Positions 8,686-17,808 of a DNA stretch of 64,000 nt are shown here, piece after piece. The notes beneath the pieces are model-generated. The model made no database searches. It was not told the DNA's origin and saw nothing but the letters and a program-made list of their open reading frames with translations. Every line of letters starts with the position of its first letter. Positions within the stretch are counted from its first letter, which is position 1. The stretch is taken from positions 31,192-95,191 of the forward strand of contig DKWX01000042.1 in the NCBI GenBank assembly GCA_002491945.1, read 5' to 3'. The position numbers were made by a program, and so were the translations under genes. Source of the DNA: Porphyromonadaceae bacterium UBA7141 (GTDB lineage Bacteria > Bacteroidota > Bacteroidia > Bacteroidales > Muribaculaceae).

Positions 8686-11028
8686 TTATTTCACTACTAT
8701 TTTCTCTGTATGCACACCATTGATGTTGAGCAGGTATACCCCCTTGCCAAGCGATGAGACAGCCACGGTCCCCTCATTTGAGTCACTGCTCATGGAGGCG
8801 GCCTCTGCCCCGGTCATGTCGTAGACCCTCACCTCAAGGCGCGAAGCTCCGGCGGCCACGACATGATATCCCCCGGCCACGGATGTCACCATGAAGGAGC
8901 GTCCGGGCTCCGCCTCGATGTCGGCTACGGAGTCGATACCCATGCGGCGCAGCACCTCTACAAGCCCCGCACGCGCATCAAGTTTCCCGGCTCCCCACTT
9001 CACGCTGAGCGAGGGATCGGACGTCACGTCGGCATCCTTGCGCGCCGTGGTCTCTATGATATCGCGGATATCGGAATAGCTCAGAGTCGGGTCGGCTTCT
9101 TTCCAGAGTGCCACAGTGCCCGACACTACGGGTGTGGCCATCGAGGTGCCCACACACTGATGCCAGCTGTAACGCCGTCCATCGGCTTCGGCCGTGGCTT
9201 GAAGGTTGTCGATGCCGATGCTGTTGTCCTGTAGATAATACTCGTTGGTGGAGGAAATCACCGTGGCTCCGGGAGCACATACTGTGGGAAGCCGGCGTCC
9301 GTCGACGAGTGTGCCCCATGAGGAGAATGACGACACCTCTTCGCCATGGAAGAGATCGTATGAATACAGTTCGCCATCAAGAGAGGCCCACGCGTCGCGG
9401 GTGTTGTAGGATCCGACGACAATCGTATTATGTCCTGTGGCGGTGTCGCATATCGACCCGTCGCATGTGCCCGGAGTCACTCCGAGTGCCGACAGGCCAT
9501 GGTCGCCGAACTGGAAGAACTGGCCGTCGGCAAACATGTCGACTCTCTGTCCGGCTGTGCCTTTGACCTGAATCACCAGTACATAATTGCTACGGTTGGC
9601 CTCTGTCTCCCAAAGCATCGCGTCCACTACTCCGAAGTAGCGCCCGCTCTCTAACGAATCGAGCATACCCGACACTCCGATATACCCCTTGAAATACTGG
9701 GCAAGCTGTGGCGACACCACATCCGAGTCATAACTTGAGAATTCGGGAGAGCTTACATAATATAAGTCTTCGCCCGAACCATCGGCCTTGGCCACGGCCC
9801 GGAACACGACTGTGCCACGCTCCTTATTGTAGATCAACGCCTGCACCTCAAACGGCTCTTCGGTGTCGGAGTATATGTAGACAGGGCCGTTCACTACGTT
9901 AGGGTACTCCACCGGATCAGTATCAAACGACTCCATACCCACAAGCAGCGTATCATCCCCTTCGGCAAACACCTTATGTGCCGCTATGTTGAGGTCGCCT
10001 TCATTGCCGGCGGCCACACATACGGTGTTGCTGGTGTGACCCTTTTCGCTTACTTCGTCAAGATAGGTCGCAAGCAATCCTGTCCCGTCGTGCGGACCAA
10101 GGTTGGTTCCCATCGAAAGATTGATTACCACCGGATAAGGATGCCCGAGCTGAGCCTGACGCTCACTGGCGAAGTTGAGTATCTCATCGATGCCGAGCGC
10201 GATATAATAATCGGTTGACACTCCGGATGCCACTGCGATGTCGGCCTCCGGTGCAATGCCGTAGTAGGGATTGTCGATTTCGCTGATTTCGACAGAAGGC
10301 CCTGACTGGCCGGATGACGACTCGGCCATCTGCGCGGCATTCACCTTGCCGCGGTAGCCTCCGGCCATGATGCCGAGAGTGTGGGTGCCGTGGAACGTAG
10401 TGGAGTTCTCGGTATCGATTTGCGGCATGTAGTCTGGCCCATAATTTTCGGTAGCGGGATCGCCATACTCTGTGGGGCGGAAATAGGTAAAGTTGAGTAT
10501 GCGGCTGCTCCCGTCAGGATTGCGGAAGTTGAGATGATTCGGGTCGTAACCTCCGTCGACTGCCGCACAAAGCACTCCTTTGCCCGTATATTTATAATCA
10601 AGCACTTCGCCGGCCTGAAGGGCATCGGCTCCAATGGAGGCTCTCACACGGTCCATCTTGCCTGTCACGGTGCGCTCCAGACGGAGTGTGGCCACTGCGG
10701 GATGAGAGGCTATCCGCTCTACTTCGTCAAGCGGAATACGCGCCAGATAGAAATCTCCACGGGTGGCATGCAATGACAGTCCTTCGGCCTCAAGGTCGGA
10801 TGCTGAATATCCGGCGTTGAGAGTGATGAAGGCTCCCACTGTCTGCACTGACTGTCGCTCTGACTGGCTTTTACGCATCAGGTGTCCCTTGCCGTCCGGG
10901 CGTGTGCCGACACTATATCCGGCACGCCGACTCCTAAGGGTGGCCGATGTCCCGGGATCAAGCGGTGTCTGCGCAAGCACTGTCGAGGCGGCAGCAAGGG
11001 CCAAGAGTGGAAGAATATTTCGTTTCAT
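8686..11028 (-). CDS. S8 subtilisin-like serine peptidase with T9SS-type C-terminus
   Basis: Triad motifs AVDGG, HGTHT, GTSMATP. Signal peptide. C-terminal VYDMTG...KGVYLL...KIVVK. Confidence 0.9.
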   Translation of the reverse strand: MKRNILPLLALAAASTVLAQTPLDPGTSATLRSRRAGYSVGTRPDGKGHLMRKSQSERQSVQTVGAFITLNAGYSASDLEAEGLSLHATRGDFYLARIPLDEVERIASHPAVATLRLERTVTGKMDRVRASIGADALQAGEVLDYKYTGKGVLCAAVDGGYDPNHLNFRNPDGSSRILNFTYFRPTEYGDPATENYGPDYMPQIDTENSTTFHGTHTLGIMAGGYRGKVNAAQMAESSSGQSGPSVEISEIDNPYYGIAPEADIAVASGVSTDYYIALGIDEILNFASERQAQLGHPYPVVINLSMGTNLGPHDGTGLLATYLDEVSEKGHTSNTVCVAAGNEGDLNIAAHKVFAEGDDTLLVGMESFDTDPVEYPNVVNGPVYIYSDTEEPFEVQALIYNKERGTVVFRAVAKADGSGEDLYYVSSPEFSSYDSDVVSPQLAQYFKGYIGVSGMLDSLESGRYFGVVDAMLWETEANRSNYVLVIQVKGTAGQRVDMFADGQFFQFGDHGLSALGVTPGTCDGSICDTATGHNTIVVGSYNTRDAWASLDGELYSYDLFHGEEVSSFSSWGTLVDGRRLPTVCAPGATVISSTNEYYLQDNSIGIDNLQATAEADGRRYSWHQCVGTSMATPVVSGTVALWKEADPTLSYSDIRDIIETTARKDADVTSDPSLSVKWGAGKLDARAGLVEVLRRMGIDSVADIEAEPGRSFMVTSVAGGYHVVAAGASRLEVRVYDMTGAEAASMSSDSNEGTVAVSSLGKGVYLLNINGVHTEKIVVK

Positions 11029-11088
11029 AATGATATCTGGATGGTTTTATTTGTATCCAATGGTGATATATGTATCTGTTCAAGTCAA

Positions 11089-11203
11089 TAAGCAAGTGTT
11101 CAGACTTAACCGATAGTAATTGATGATAAATCTTTTATATCATCCACGGCTTCTTTTTTGCCGCTTCCGGCTTGTCGCTCAGTCGAATCTCGCTCAGTCG
11201 AAT
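11089..11203 (+). mobile_element. Truncated copy of 172-bp MITE-like element
   Basis: Matches the left part of the copies at 13509 and 44533. Ends in a tandem duplication of TCGCTCAGTCGAAT. Confidence 0.75.
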
Positions 11204-11211
11204 TATACTTG

Positions 11212-13353
11212 TCAGCGCAGCCATACCTTGCGCCCGGAGATGATGTAGCATCCGCGCGGAAGAGCACGGAGTGCGGCTGTATCGGCTTCTTTAAGCACAC
11301 ACACTCCCTGCAGTGAATATACATCGGCTCTATCGCCCCCTTCTATAGCGGAGATTCCGGAGACTGTGCCTGCGCTGACTACGATTGTGCACGATTCTTC
11401 TACTATGAAATTATAAGCACCTTCTGAATCGGCTAAAATCTCGCGTTCGCCGGCCATGACTTTGATTTCAGTCGCAGTCGCCGGCTTAACGGTAATCATC
11501 GTGCCGGCGGGAAGAGTCAGAGCTTCTGAGGCAGACACTTCAGCCACAATGTCGTGCATCACGATTGCATCCACTCCATCTTCCACTTCAAGGCGCACAT
11601 CGCACATGGCCGGAAGCCCTGCATATAATTTCACTACCGAACCATCTTTCAGGTCAATAAGGCTAAACATATCCGATGATATGGCATCGCTGCATAATTC
11701 GCCGTCAAAATACATATAATATTCCGGCACACCACAGCGCACCTCAAACTCGAATGGCATGTCATCGGCATTGAATGACACCAGATTATAGCCGGCTGTA
11801 AGGTCGATTACCTGTTTCTTAGATTCATCGTCCCCGCAGAGTGTGACTCCACAGTAATTCCATTCCATCGCCGGGTCAAGATATACCGAGGCCTTGAGAT
11901 CGCGGGCATATTCTTCCACATATACTTCTACAGTGGCATTGCCGGATACCTGAAAATCGGTTGTCCCCTCCACACCGTCTACATATACGTATGTGACAAG
12001 CCATCCTTCATCCGGCACAATGCGAATACGGTTGAGATTACGTGCCACCGACACTACCGTCTCATCCTGTCCGGTCATCTCTACAACATCATCATTCATA
12101 TTGCCGCGAAGCACGTGGAAGTGGGCCGGGAGACTCTCATAGTAGAAGGTCACCTCATATGGTGCCATCGGTTCTGCCGTCACTTCTATATTATAGCCGG
12201 CCTCATCTGTAGCAGTAAATGAAAGACTATTACCCTCGACGGGGCGACCGTTGAAGTCGGCGCTTACTGTATAATTGGCCGCGTCAAGCTCCACATGCAC
12301 CACTGTGCCCATCTTTACCGTGAAATCCGGGGCAAGCCACTGCTCACGCGGAATGACGTTGAACTGTGTGTCGGATACCCTCAGCACGGCTCCCTCGGTG
12401 TCCGGATTGACAAACGACAATCTCACCGGAATATCCTTGTCAGGATAATCCGCATCAATCGTAATCACGCCATTGTCGGCCAGTTCGGCAATCTTATATG
12501 AGCCATCGGATGGGATTATCTCAGTCCCGTCAGCCATCACGCGATAGAATGTATGACCGTAGATATTTGGCTCTATGCGTATCGGGAGGTCAAAGTCGGG
12601 ATTGAATGCAATGGGGGCATTGAGCGCATCGCCGGTAATGTCGTAAGAGTCGCCGGCCAGACGCAGACTTACAGATGCCGGGTCGCCGTTGACTATGACT
12701 GTGAAATGGCTGCTACGCTCGTCTGCCATTGAATAGGATGACACTTCCACCCGGTTGTCGCCCGGTTTAAGGGTCGACGGATAGAGCGTGAAGGTGCGTG
12801 AGCCCGGCTGGAGTTCATTATTGCCGTTTACGTTGACTCCCTGCAGTCCGAAGCCGTCGCGGGCTGAAATCGTCACGCTTGAATATGGGTCCTGAAGAGT
12901 GATGGAGAGCGTGCCGGCATCCCAGCTTGACTCGTCATATGTCTGATACATATATGCCACTTTAATCTGCGACGGATCGCCATAGATGGTCACATTTGTC
13001 TTAGGCCGCTCCGAAGCCTGCACAATGAGTGTGCACCCATCGTAGAGTGCGGATGGATTTACATAATAGTTGGAGGTTATGTCATTGGCAATCTGTTCTC
13101 CATCAAGCGATATGGAATTAATGACATATCCTGAGTTGACGTTAAGATTGATATTAGGGTCTTCTCCTTCCTTAAAAGTCAGAATCATGGCGCCTTCGGA
13201 ATTCCAATCATGACGCTCGGCATTGTAGCCATTGATTAACACTACGAAGGAAGCAATCGGTGAGTTGGTCTCCAGATGCACCGTAATGTCGGCCTTTGCA
13301 GATGATGGCACGAGTATCGCCAGCAACGTTAACAGCAAGTAGAAATGTCTCAT
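11212..13353 (-). CDS. Secreted beta-rich repeat protein with T9SS-type C-terminus
   Basis: Signal peptide, recurring GYVINSISLDG/GFGLQGVNVNG/GWLVTYVYVDG motifs, C-terminal VYSLQG...GCYIISGRKVWLR. Confidence 0.75.
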   Translation of the reverse strand: MRHFYLLLTLLAILVPSSAKADITVHLETNSPIASFVVLINGYNAERHDWNSEGAMILTFKEGEDPNINLNVNSGYVINSISLDGEQIANDITSNYYVNPSALYDGCTLIVQASERPKTNVTIYGDPSQIKVAYMYQTYDESSWDAGTLSITLQDPYSSVTISARDGFGLQGVNVNGNNELQPGSRTFTLYPSTLKPGDNRVEVSSYSMADERSSHFTVIVNGDPASVSLRLAGDSYDITGDALNAPIAFNPDFDLPIRIEPNIYGHTFYRVMADGTEIIPSDGSYKIAELADNGVITIDADYPDKDIPVRLSFVNPDTEGAVLRVSDTQFNVIPREQWLAPDFTVKMGTVVHVELDAANYTVSADFNGRPVEGNSLSFTATDEAGYNIEVTAEPMAPYEVTFYYESLPAHFHVLRGNMNDDVVEMTGQDETVVSVARNLNRIRIVPDEGWLVTYVYVDGVEGTTDFQVSGNATVEVYVEEYARDLKASVYLDPAMEWNYCGVTLCGDDESKKQVIDLTAGYNLVSFNADDMPFEFEVRCGVPEYYMYFDGELCSDAISSDMFSLIDLKDGSVVKLYAGLPAMCDVRLEVEDGVDAIVMHDIVAEVSASEALTLPAGTMITVKPATATEIKVMAGEREILADSEGAYNFIVEESCTIVVSAGTVSGISAIEGGDRADVYSLQGVCVLKEADTAALRALPRGCYIISGRKVWLR

Positions 13354-13508
13354 GTGTTATTTAGTTTAAATTGAAAATATTTTGCATCATAAGCCAGTCT
13401 TCAAATTGAATTTATACAATGAAGTCGCTTAAACTTTCTAAGGAATCATAAAAAGTGTCTGGATATGTTTCTTTCAATGCCAAAATCTTAATGAATCTTA
13501 CTAAGAGG

Positions 13509-13680
13509 GTGTTCAAATTTAACCGATAGTAATTGAAAGGGGATCTTTTATCCGATCTACGGCTTCTTTTTTGCCGCTTCAGGCTTGTCGTTCAGTCGAA
13601 TATGTCGATATCCTCCTTCACTCAGCACCGGAATCGACTAAAAAATAAGCCCGCATATTGTATAAATTAAATTTGAACAC
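13509..13680 (+). mobile_element. 172-bp palindromic MITE-like element (full copy)
   Basis: Terminal inverted repeats GTGTTCAAATTTAA / TTAAATTTGAACAC, long internal imperfect stem, same length as the copy at 44533. Confidence 0.8.
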
Positions 13681-13784
13681 GTACTTATTGAAAGACACTT
13701 AAATGACTTCTGAATTTGAATACTTACTTACCTTGACTTGAAGTCTATGAAAATGATAATCTGGAACATCTAAATCAAGATGCA

Positions 13785-13816
13785 CAAAATTAAGAGTTTT
13801 TGACTACAATACCAAA
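13785..13816 (-). promoter_or_regulatory. Primary-sigma promoter for the T9SS-cargo gene cluster
   Basis: Minus strand TTTG (13816-13813), 20 nt, TAATTTTG (13792-13785). Confidence 0.55.
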
Positions 13817-14035
13817 TTTTTACACTACATTAGCTGAGTAGTCATATATTCATCTCAGCTCCGTATCCTGTCATATCCCTACTGTTTATCTTGCCTTATT
13901 CCATGACTATATCTGAATCTATAAGGATGTATCATTGACCTCATGTCAATTTGATATGATATGCGACTTATTCGGAAGATGAAGAAAAACACAGGAATCT
14001 AAAATATTTAACTTTTATTAACATGACGACTTTCT

Positions 14036-14073
14036 ACAAAAATAGACCGGAGGGGGGCGCCCCTGCGGTCTAT
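14036..14073 (-). terminator. Intrinsic terminator after icd
   Basis: ATAGACCG...CGGTCTAT stem followed by a U-run on the minus strand. Confidence 0.65.
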
Positions 14074-14097
14074 CATACGTTAAGTCTATTATGTTGT

Positions 14098-15306
14098 TCA
14101 GTTCATACGGCGGTCAAGACGCTCGCGGATTGCGTGAAGGAAGTCGGCAGAGTTTACTGCCTTGGGCTCGATGCCTTCCATAAGATTGACAAGGTCTTTG
14201 GTCACTATGCCGTCGTTGAGAGTGTCGAAGCATGCGTCTTCAAGCTGATTGGCGTAATTCACAAGTTCGGGCAGACTGTCAAGTTCGCCGCGTTTGCGAA
14301 GCGCACCGCTCCATGCGAAGATGGTGGCCATGGGATTAGTAGAGGTCTCTTCTCCTTTGAGATGCTTGTAGTAATGGCGTGTCACTGTGCCGTGTGCCGC
14401 CTCGTACTCATACTTGCCGTCGGGCGATACGAGCACTGAAGTCATCATGGCAAGTGAACCGAAAGCCGTCGACACCATATCGCTCATCACATCGCCGTCG
14501 TAGTTCTTACAGGCCCATATAAAACCGCCATGACTGCGGATCACGCGCGCCACGGCATCGTCGATCAGCGTATAGAAGTACTCTATGCCGAGACGCTCGA
14601 AGTCGCTCTTATACTCTTCGTAGACGGCCTCGAATATCTCGCGGAAACGAGCATCATATTTCTTGGAGATGGTGTCTTTGGTAGAGAACCACAAATCCTG
14701 ACGCGTATCAATTGCGAATTTGAAGCAGGCGTGGGCAAAGGATGTGATGGATTTGTCGGTGTTATGCATCCCCTGGAGCACTCCGGGGGCCTTGAACTCA
14801 TGAATCACGAGTTCCTCGCGCTTCCCCGACTCTCCTTCAAACACGAGTTTTGCGACTCCCGCTTCTTCGGCTCTGATTTCCACATTCTTGTATACATCGC
14901 CATATGCATGACGAGCGATGGTGATGGGCTTCTCCCACGATTTAACCGCAGGCTTGATGGTGGGGATTGTGATGGGGGTGCGGAATACGGTGCCGTCGAG
15001 CAGCGAACGTATTGTGCCGTTAGGACTCTTCCACATCTGATGGAGATTATACTCCGTCATGCGCTGGGCGTTGGGTGTGATGGTGGCGCATTTCACTGCC
15101 ACGCCGTATTTCTTCGTAGCCTCGGCCGCATCTACGGTGATGCGGTCATCGGTCTTGTCGCGCTCGGGCAGACCCAGGTCATAGTATTCTGTCCTGAGGT
15201 CGACGTAGGGAAGAATAAGCTCTTCTTTGATCATCTTCCAGAGGATACGAGTCATTTCATCGCCATCCATCTCAACAAGGGGGGTGGTCATTTTGATTTT
15301 TTCCAT
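14098..15306 (-). CDS. icd: NADP-dependent isocitrate dehydrogenase (type II, eukaryote/clostridial-like)
   Basis: [47 protein letters not shown]. Confidence 0.95.
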   Translation of the reverse strand: MEKIKMTTPLVEMDGDEMTRILWKMIKEELILPYVDLRTEYYDLGLPERDKTDDRITVDAAEATKKYGVAVKCATITPNAQRMTEYNLHQMWKSPNGTIRSLLDGTVFRTPITIPTIKPAVKSWEKPITIARHAYGDVYKNVEIRAEEAGVAKLVFEGESGKREELVIHEFKAPGVLQGMHNTDKSITSFAHACFKFAIDTRQDLWFSTKDTISKKYDARFREIFEAVYEEYKSDFERLGIEYFYTLIDDAVARVIRSHGGFIWACKNYDGDVMSDMVSTAFGSLAMMTSVLVSPDGKYEYEAAHGTVTRHYYKHLKGEETSTNPMATIFAWSGALRKRGELDSLPELVNYANQLEDACFDTLNDGIVTKDLVNLMEGIEPKAVNSADFLHAIRERLDRRMN

Positions 15307-15410
15307 GGTATTGCTGTTTTACGACGGTCTGCGCAAGCGGCTGTACGTGCTCTGCTCGCGCAGACTGTCCGGTTTATATAGGTTGATTCAGATTTCCGCG
15401 ATGCGGCACT

Positions 15411-17657
15411 TTATTTCTTGCGGGCCGCATAATAGTTCATCAGGCATCCGTCGGCCAGAATCTGACGTTCATCTGCGGTCAGCGGGCTGAAGTGGAGCCG
15501 GATGTCGGTCACACTGCCATCGGCTTTGATTATCTTGGCGTCGGCCTCTTCCTTGCCGCCGAGGATTGCCTCACGTATCCCTGCGACGAATACATAGTCG
15601 CCGGCGCTGCAGTCGAACACTGTATCCTTATCGATTGTGAAAGGCACGATTCCCCAATTGATGCAGTTGGAGCGATAGCGCTTGGTGGCGTATTCATAGC
15701 AGATGTTGGCATCGCCCCCCAGCACTTTCTGACAACTTGCCGCCTGCTCTCGGGCAGAGCCGTCGCCGGGGCGATTGGCGAATACACACGACCCGAATGA
15801 CGTATCGGCACTCTTTGCCCCCACCTTGGCCAACACCTCTTCGATATGCGCCGGGCAATGGCCGTCGCGGCGTTCAAGGTCTTCTTTCTGTATGCGCTTG
15901 CTCAGCCCCACATATTCAGGCACACGGCGTGAGAGAGCGAACTCGGAGAGTTTCAGCGGGTTGGAGCGATAGCTTGATGTCTCGCCCGAAGGGATAAGCT
16001 CATCGGTGGTGGTGACGGGGTCGTGTATCACTGCGGCAAGCTCAAGCAGCATATTCTCCTGCATGGGATACATGCGCGGCCAGTCCTTGATGTTCGGGCC
16101 GTAGCGCAGTTCTTCGTCAAGGTTCTCCTTGCGGAATCCCTGATATACACGGCGCTCATAGATTTTCGGGTCATATTCGTAGGGCTTGTGCTCGTTGGTG
16201 TAGTCCACATCTGTAGCGGCCGTAATCACACCGCCGTTGGCGGCTGTGGCGGCTATCGAGCGGGCATCCATCAGAGCCACAAGCGAAATCTGACCCTGAC
16301 CGGGTTTGGAGCCTTCGCGGTTGGGGAAATTGCGGGTGGTGTGGCGGATTGACAGGCCGTTGTTGGCAGGCACATCGCCGGCGCCGAAGCAGGGTCCGCA
16401 GAATGCGGGCTTGATTACGACTCCGGCCTCAAGTAGCTCGGTGGCTATCCCGTCGCGGGTTGTGGCCATATACACGGGGGTGGACTGCGGATAGGCCGAA
16501 ATCGTGAAGTAGTCGTTGCCTACGCTTTTGTCTTTTAGTATGGACGCGGCTTCGGCAAGGTTATCATATGTGCCCCCCGAACAACCGGCTATGATACCCT
16601 GGTCAGCATAGACCTTCCCGTCGCGCACTTTGCCCGCCAGGTCGATTTCTATCTTGTCGCCAAAGCGCTTGCGTGCGTCTTCCTCCACTTCGCGGAGTAT
16701 ACGCTCCGGGTCGGCCTGCAATTCATGGATGGTGTAGGCGTTGGATGGATGGAACGGCAGTGCTATCATGGCCTCCTGCCGGGAGAGGTCGATGCGTATC
16801 ATGCCGTCATAATAGGCCACTTTGCCAGGGCGCAGCTCGCGATAGTCCTCAGGCCGGCGGTGTATCTCGTAGTGATGGCGCACTTCATCGTCGGTCACCC
16901 AGATGGAACTGAGACAGGTAGTCTCGGTGGTCATGATGTCGATGCCGTTGCGGAAGTCGATGGGGAGATGCTTCACGCCGGGACCTGCGAATTCAAGCAC
17001 TTTATTCTTGACGAATCCACTGTCGAATACGGCCTTTACGAGTGAGATAGCCACGTCATGCGGACCTATACCCTTGCGCGGTACCCCCTCAAGCCATACG
17101 AGCACCACTTCAGGAGCCTTTATGTCCCAGGTGTTGTTGAGCAGCTGCTTCACGAGTTCGCCGCCGCCTTCGCCGACACCCATGTTGCCGAGTGAGCCAT
17201 AGCGGGTGTGACTGTCTGAACCGAGTATCATGTTGCCGCATTTCACCATCATCTCGCGTGCGTACTGGTGTATGACCGCCTGGTTGGCCGGCACGTAGAT
17301 GCCACCGTACTTCTTGGCGGCCGACAGGCCGAATACGTGGTCATCTTCATTGATTGTGCCTCCCACGGCGCAGAGAGAGTTGTGGCAATTGGTCATTGCA
17401 TATGGTATCGGGAACTTCTCAAGTCCCGAAGCGCGTGCTGTCTGGATGATACCTACATATGTGATGTCATGGCTCATCATGGCATCAAACTTGATGCGCA
17501 TGGCATCGTCTTTGGAGCCGTCGGCATCGTGGGCACGGAGTATGCCGTAGGTGATGGTATTCTCTCGGGCTTCGGCAGGTGCGGGAAGTCCGGTAGTGTC
17601 GGTGGCGATGCGTTCGCCGTCGAGGAGATAGACTCCTTTGTCGATTACTTCAACCAT
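15411..17657 (-). CDS. Aconitase-family hydratase, YbhJ type
   Basis: SHDITYVGIIQTA, TNCHNSLCAVGGTIN, GSDSHTRYG, IAGCSGG, FCGPCFG, RNFPNREG, GSAREQA. Confidence 0.88.
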   Translation of the reverse strand: MVEVIDKGVYLLDGERIATDTTGLPAPAEARENTITYGILRAHDADGSKDDAMRIKFDAMMSHDITYVGIIQTARASGLEKFPIPYAMTNCHNSLCAVGGTINEDDHVFGLSAAKKYGGIYVPANQAVIHQYAREMMVKCGNMILGSDSHTRYGSLGNMGVGEGGGELVKQLLNNTWDIKAPEVVLVWLEGVPRKGIGPHDVAISLVKAVFDSGFVKNKVLEFAGPGVKHLPIDFRNGIDIMTTETTCLSSIWVTDDEVRHHYEIHRRPEDYRELRPGKVAYYDGMIRIDLSRQEAMIALPFHPSNAYTIHELQADPERILREVEEDARKRFGDKIEIDLAGKVRDGKVYADQGIIAGCSGGTYDNLAEAASILKDKSVGNDYFTISAYPQSTPVYMATTRDGIATELLEAGVVIKPAFCGPCFGAGDVPANNGLSIRHTTRNFPNREGSKPGQGQISLVALMDARSIAATAANGGVITAATDVDYTNEHKPYEYDPKIYERRVYQGFRKENLDEELRYGPNIKDWPRMYPMQENMLLELAAVIHDPVTTTDELIPSGETSSYRSNPLKLSEFALSRRVPEYVGLSKRIQKEDLERRDGHCPAHIEEVLAKVGAKSADTSFGSCVFANRPGDGSAREQAASCQKVLGGDANICYEYATKRYRSNCINWGIVPFTIDKDTVFDCSAGDYVFVAGIREAILGGKEEADAKIIKADGSVTDIRLHFSPLTADERQILADGCLMNYYAARKK

Positions 17658-17746
17658 GTTGTCAGGTGTTTGGATGTTTAAGGTTGTGTGAATAAATTCC
17701 CATGGCTCTGCCTACGCTTCAGTCAGGCCGGGACGGGAGGAGGATA

Positions 17747-17779
17747 TGTGTCAGGTTTGTATCTGTGTCAGGTTTGTAT
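17747..17779. repeat. Tandem 16-bp direct repeat TGTGTCAGGTTTGTAT x2
   Basis: Exact copies at 17747-17762 and 17764-17779. Confidence 0.9.
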
Positions 17780-17808
17780 TACGGAGGCTCATGAGCCTCC
17801 GGTTTTTG

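Noticed and set aside
14530-15381. 283-aa plus-strand ORF
   Set aside because: Antisense shadow of icd with no recognisable motifs
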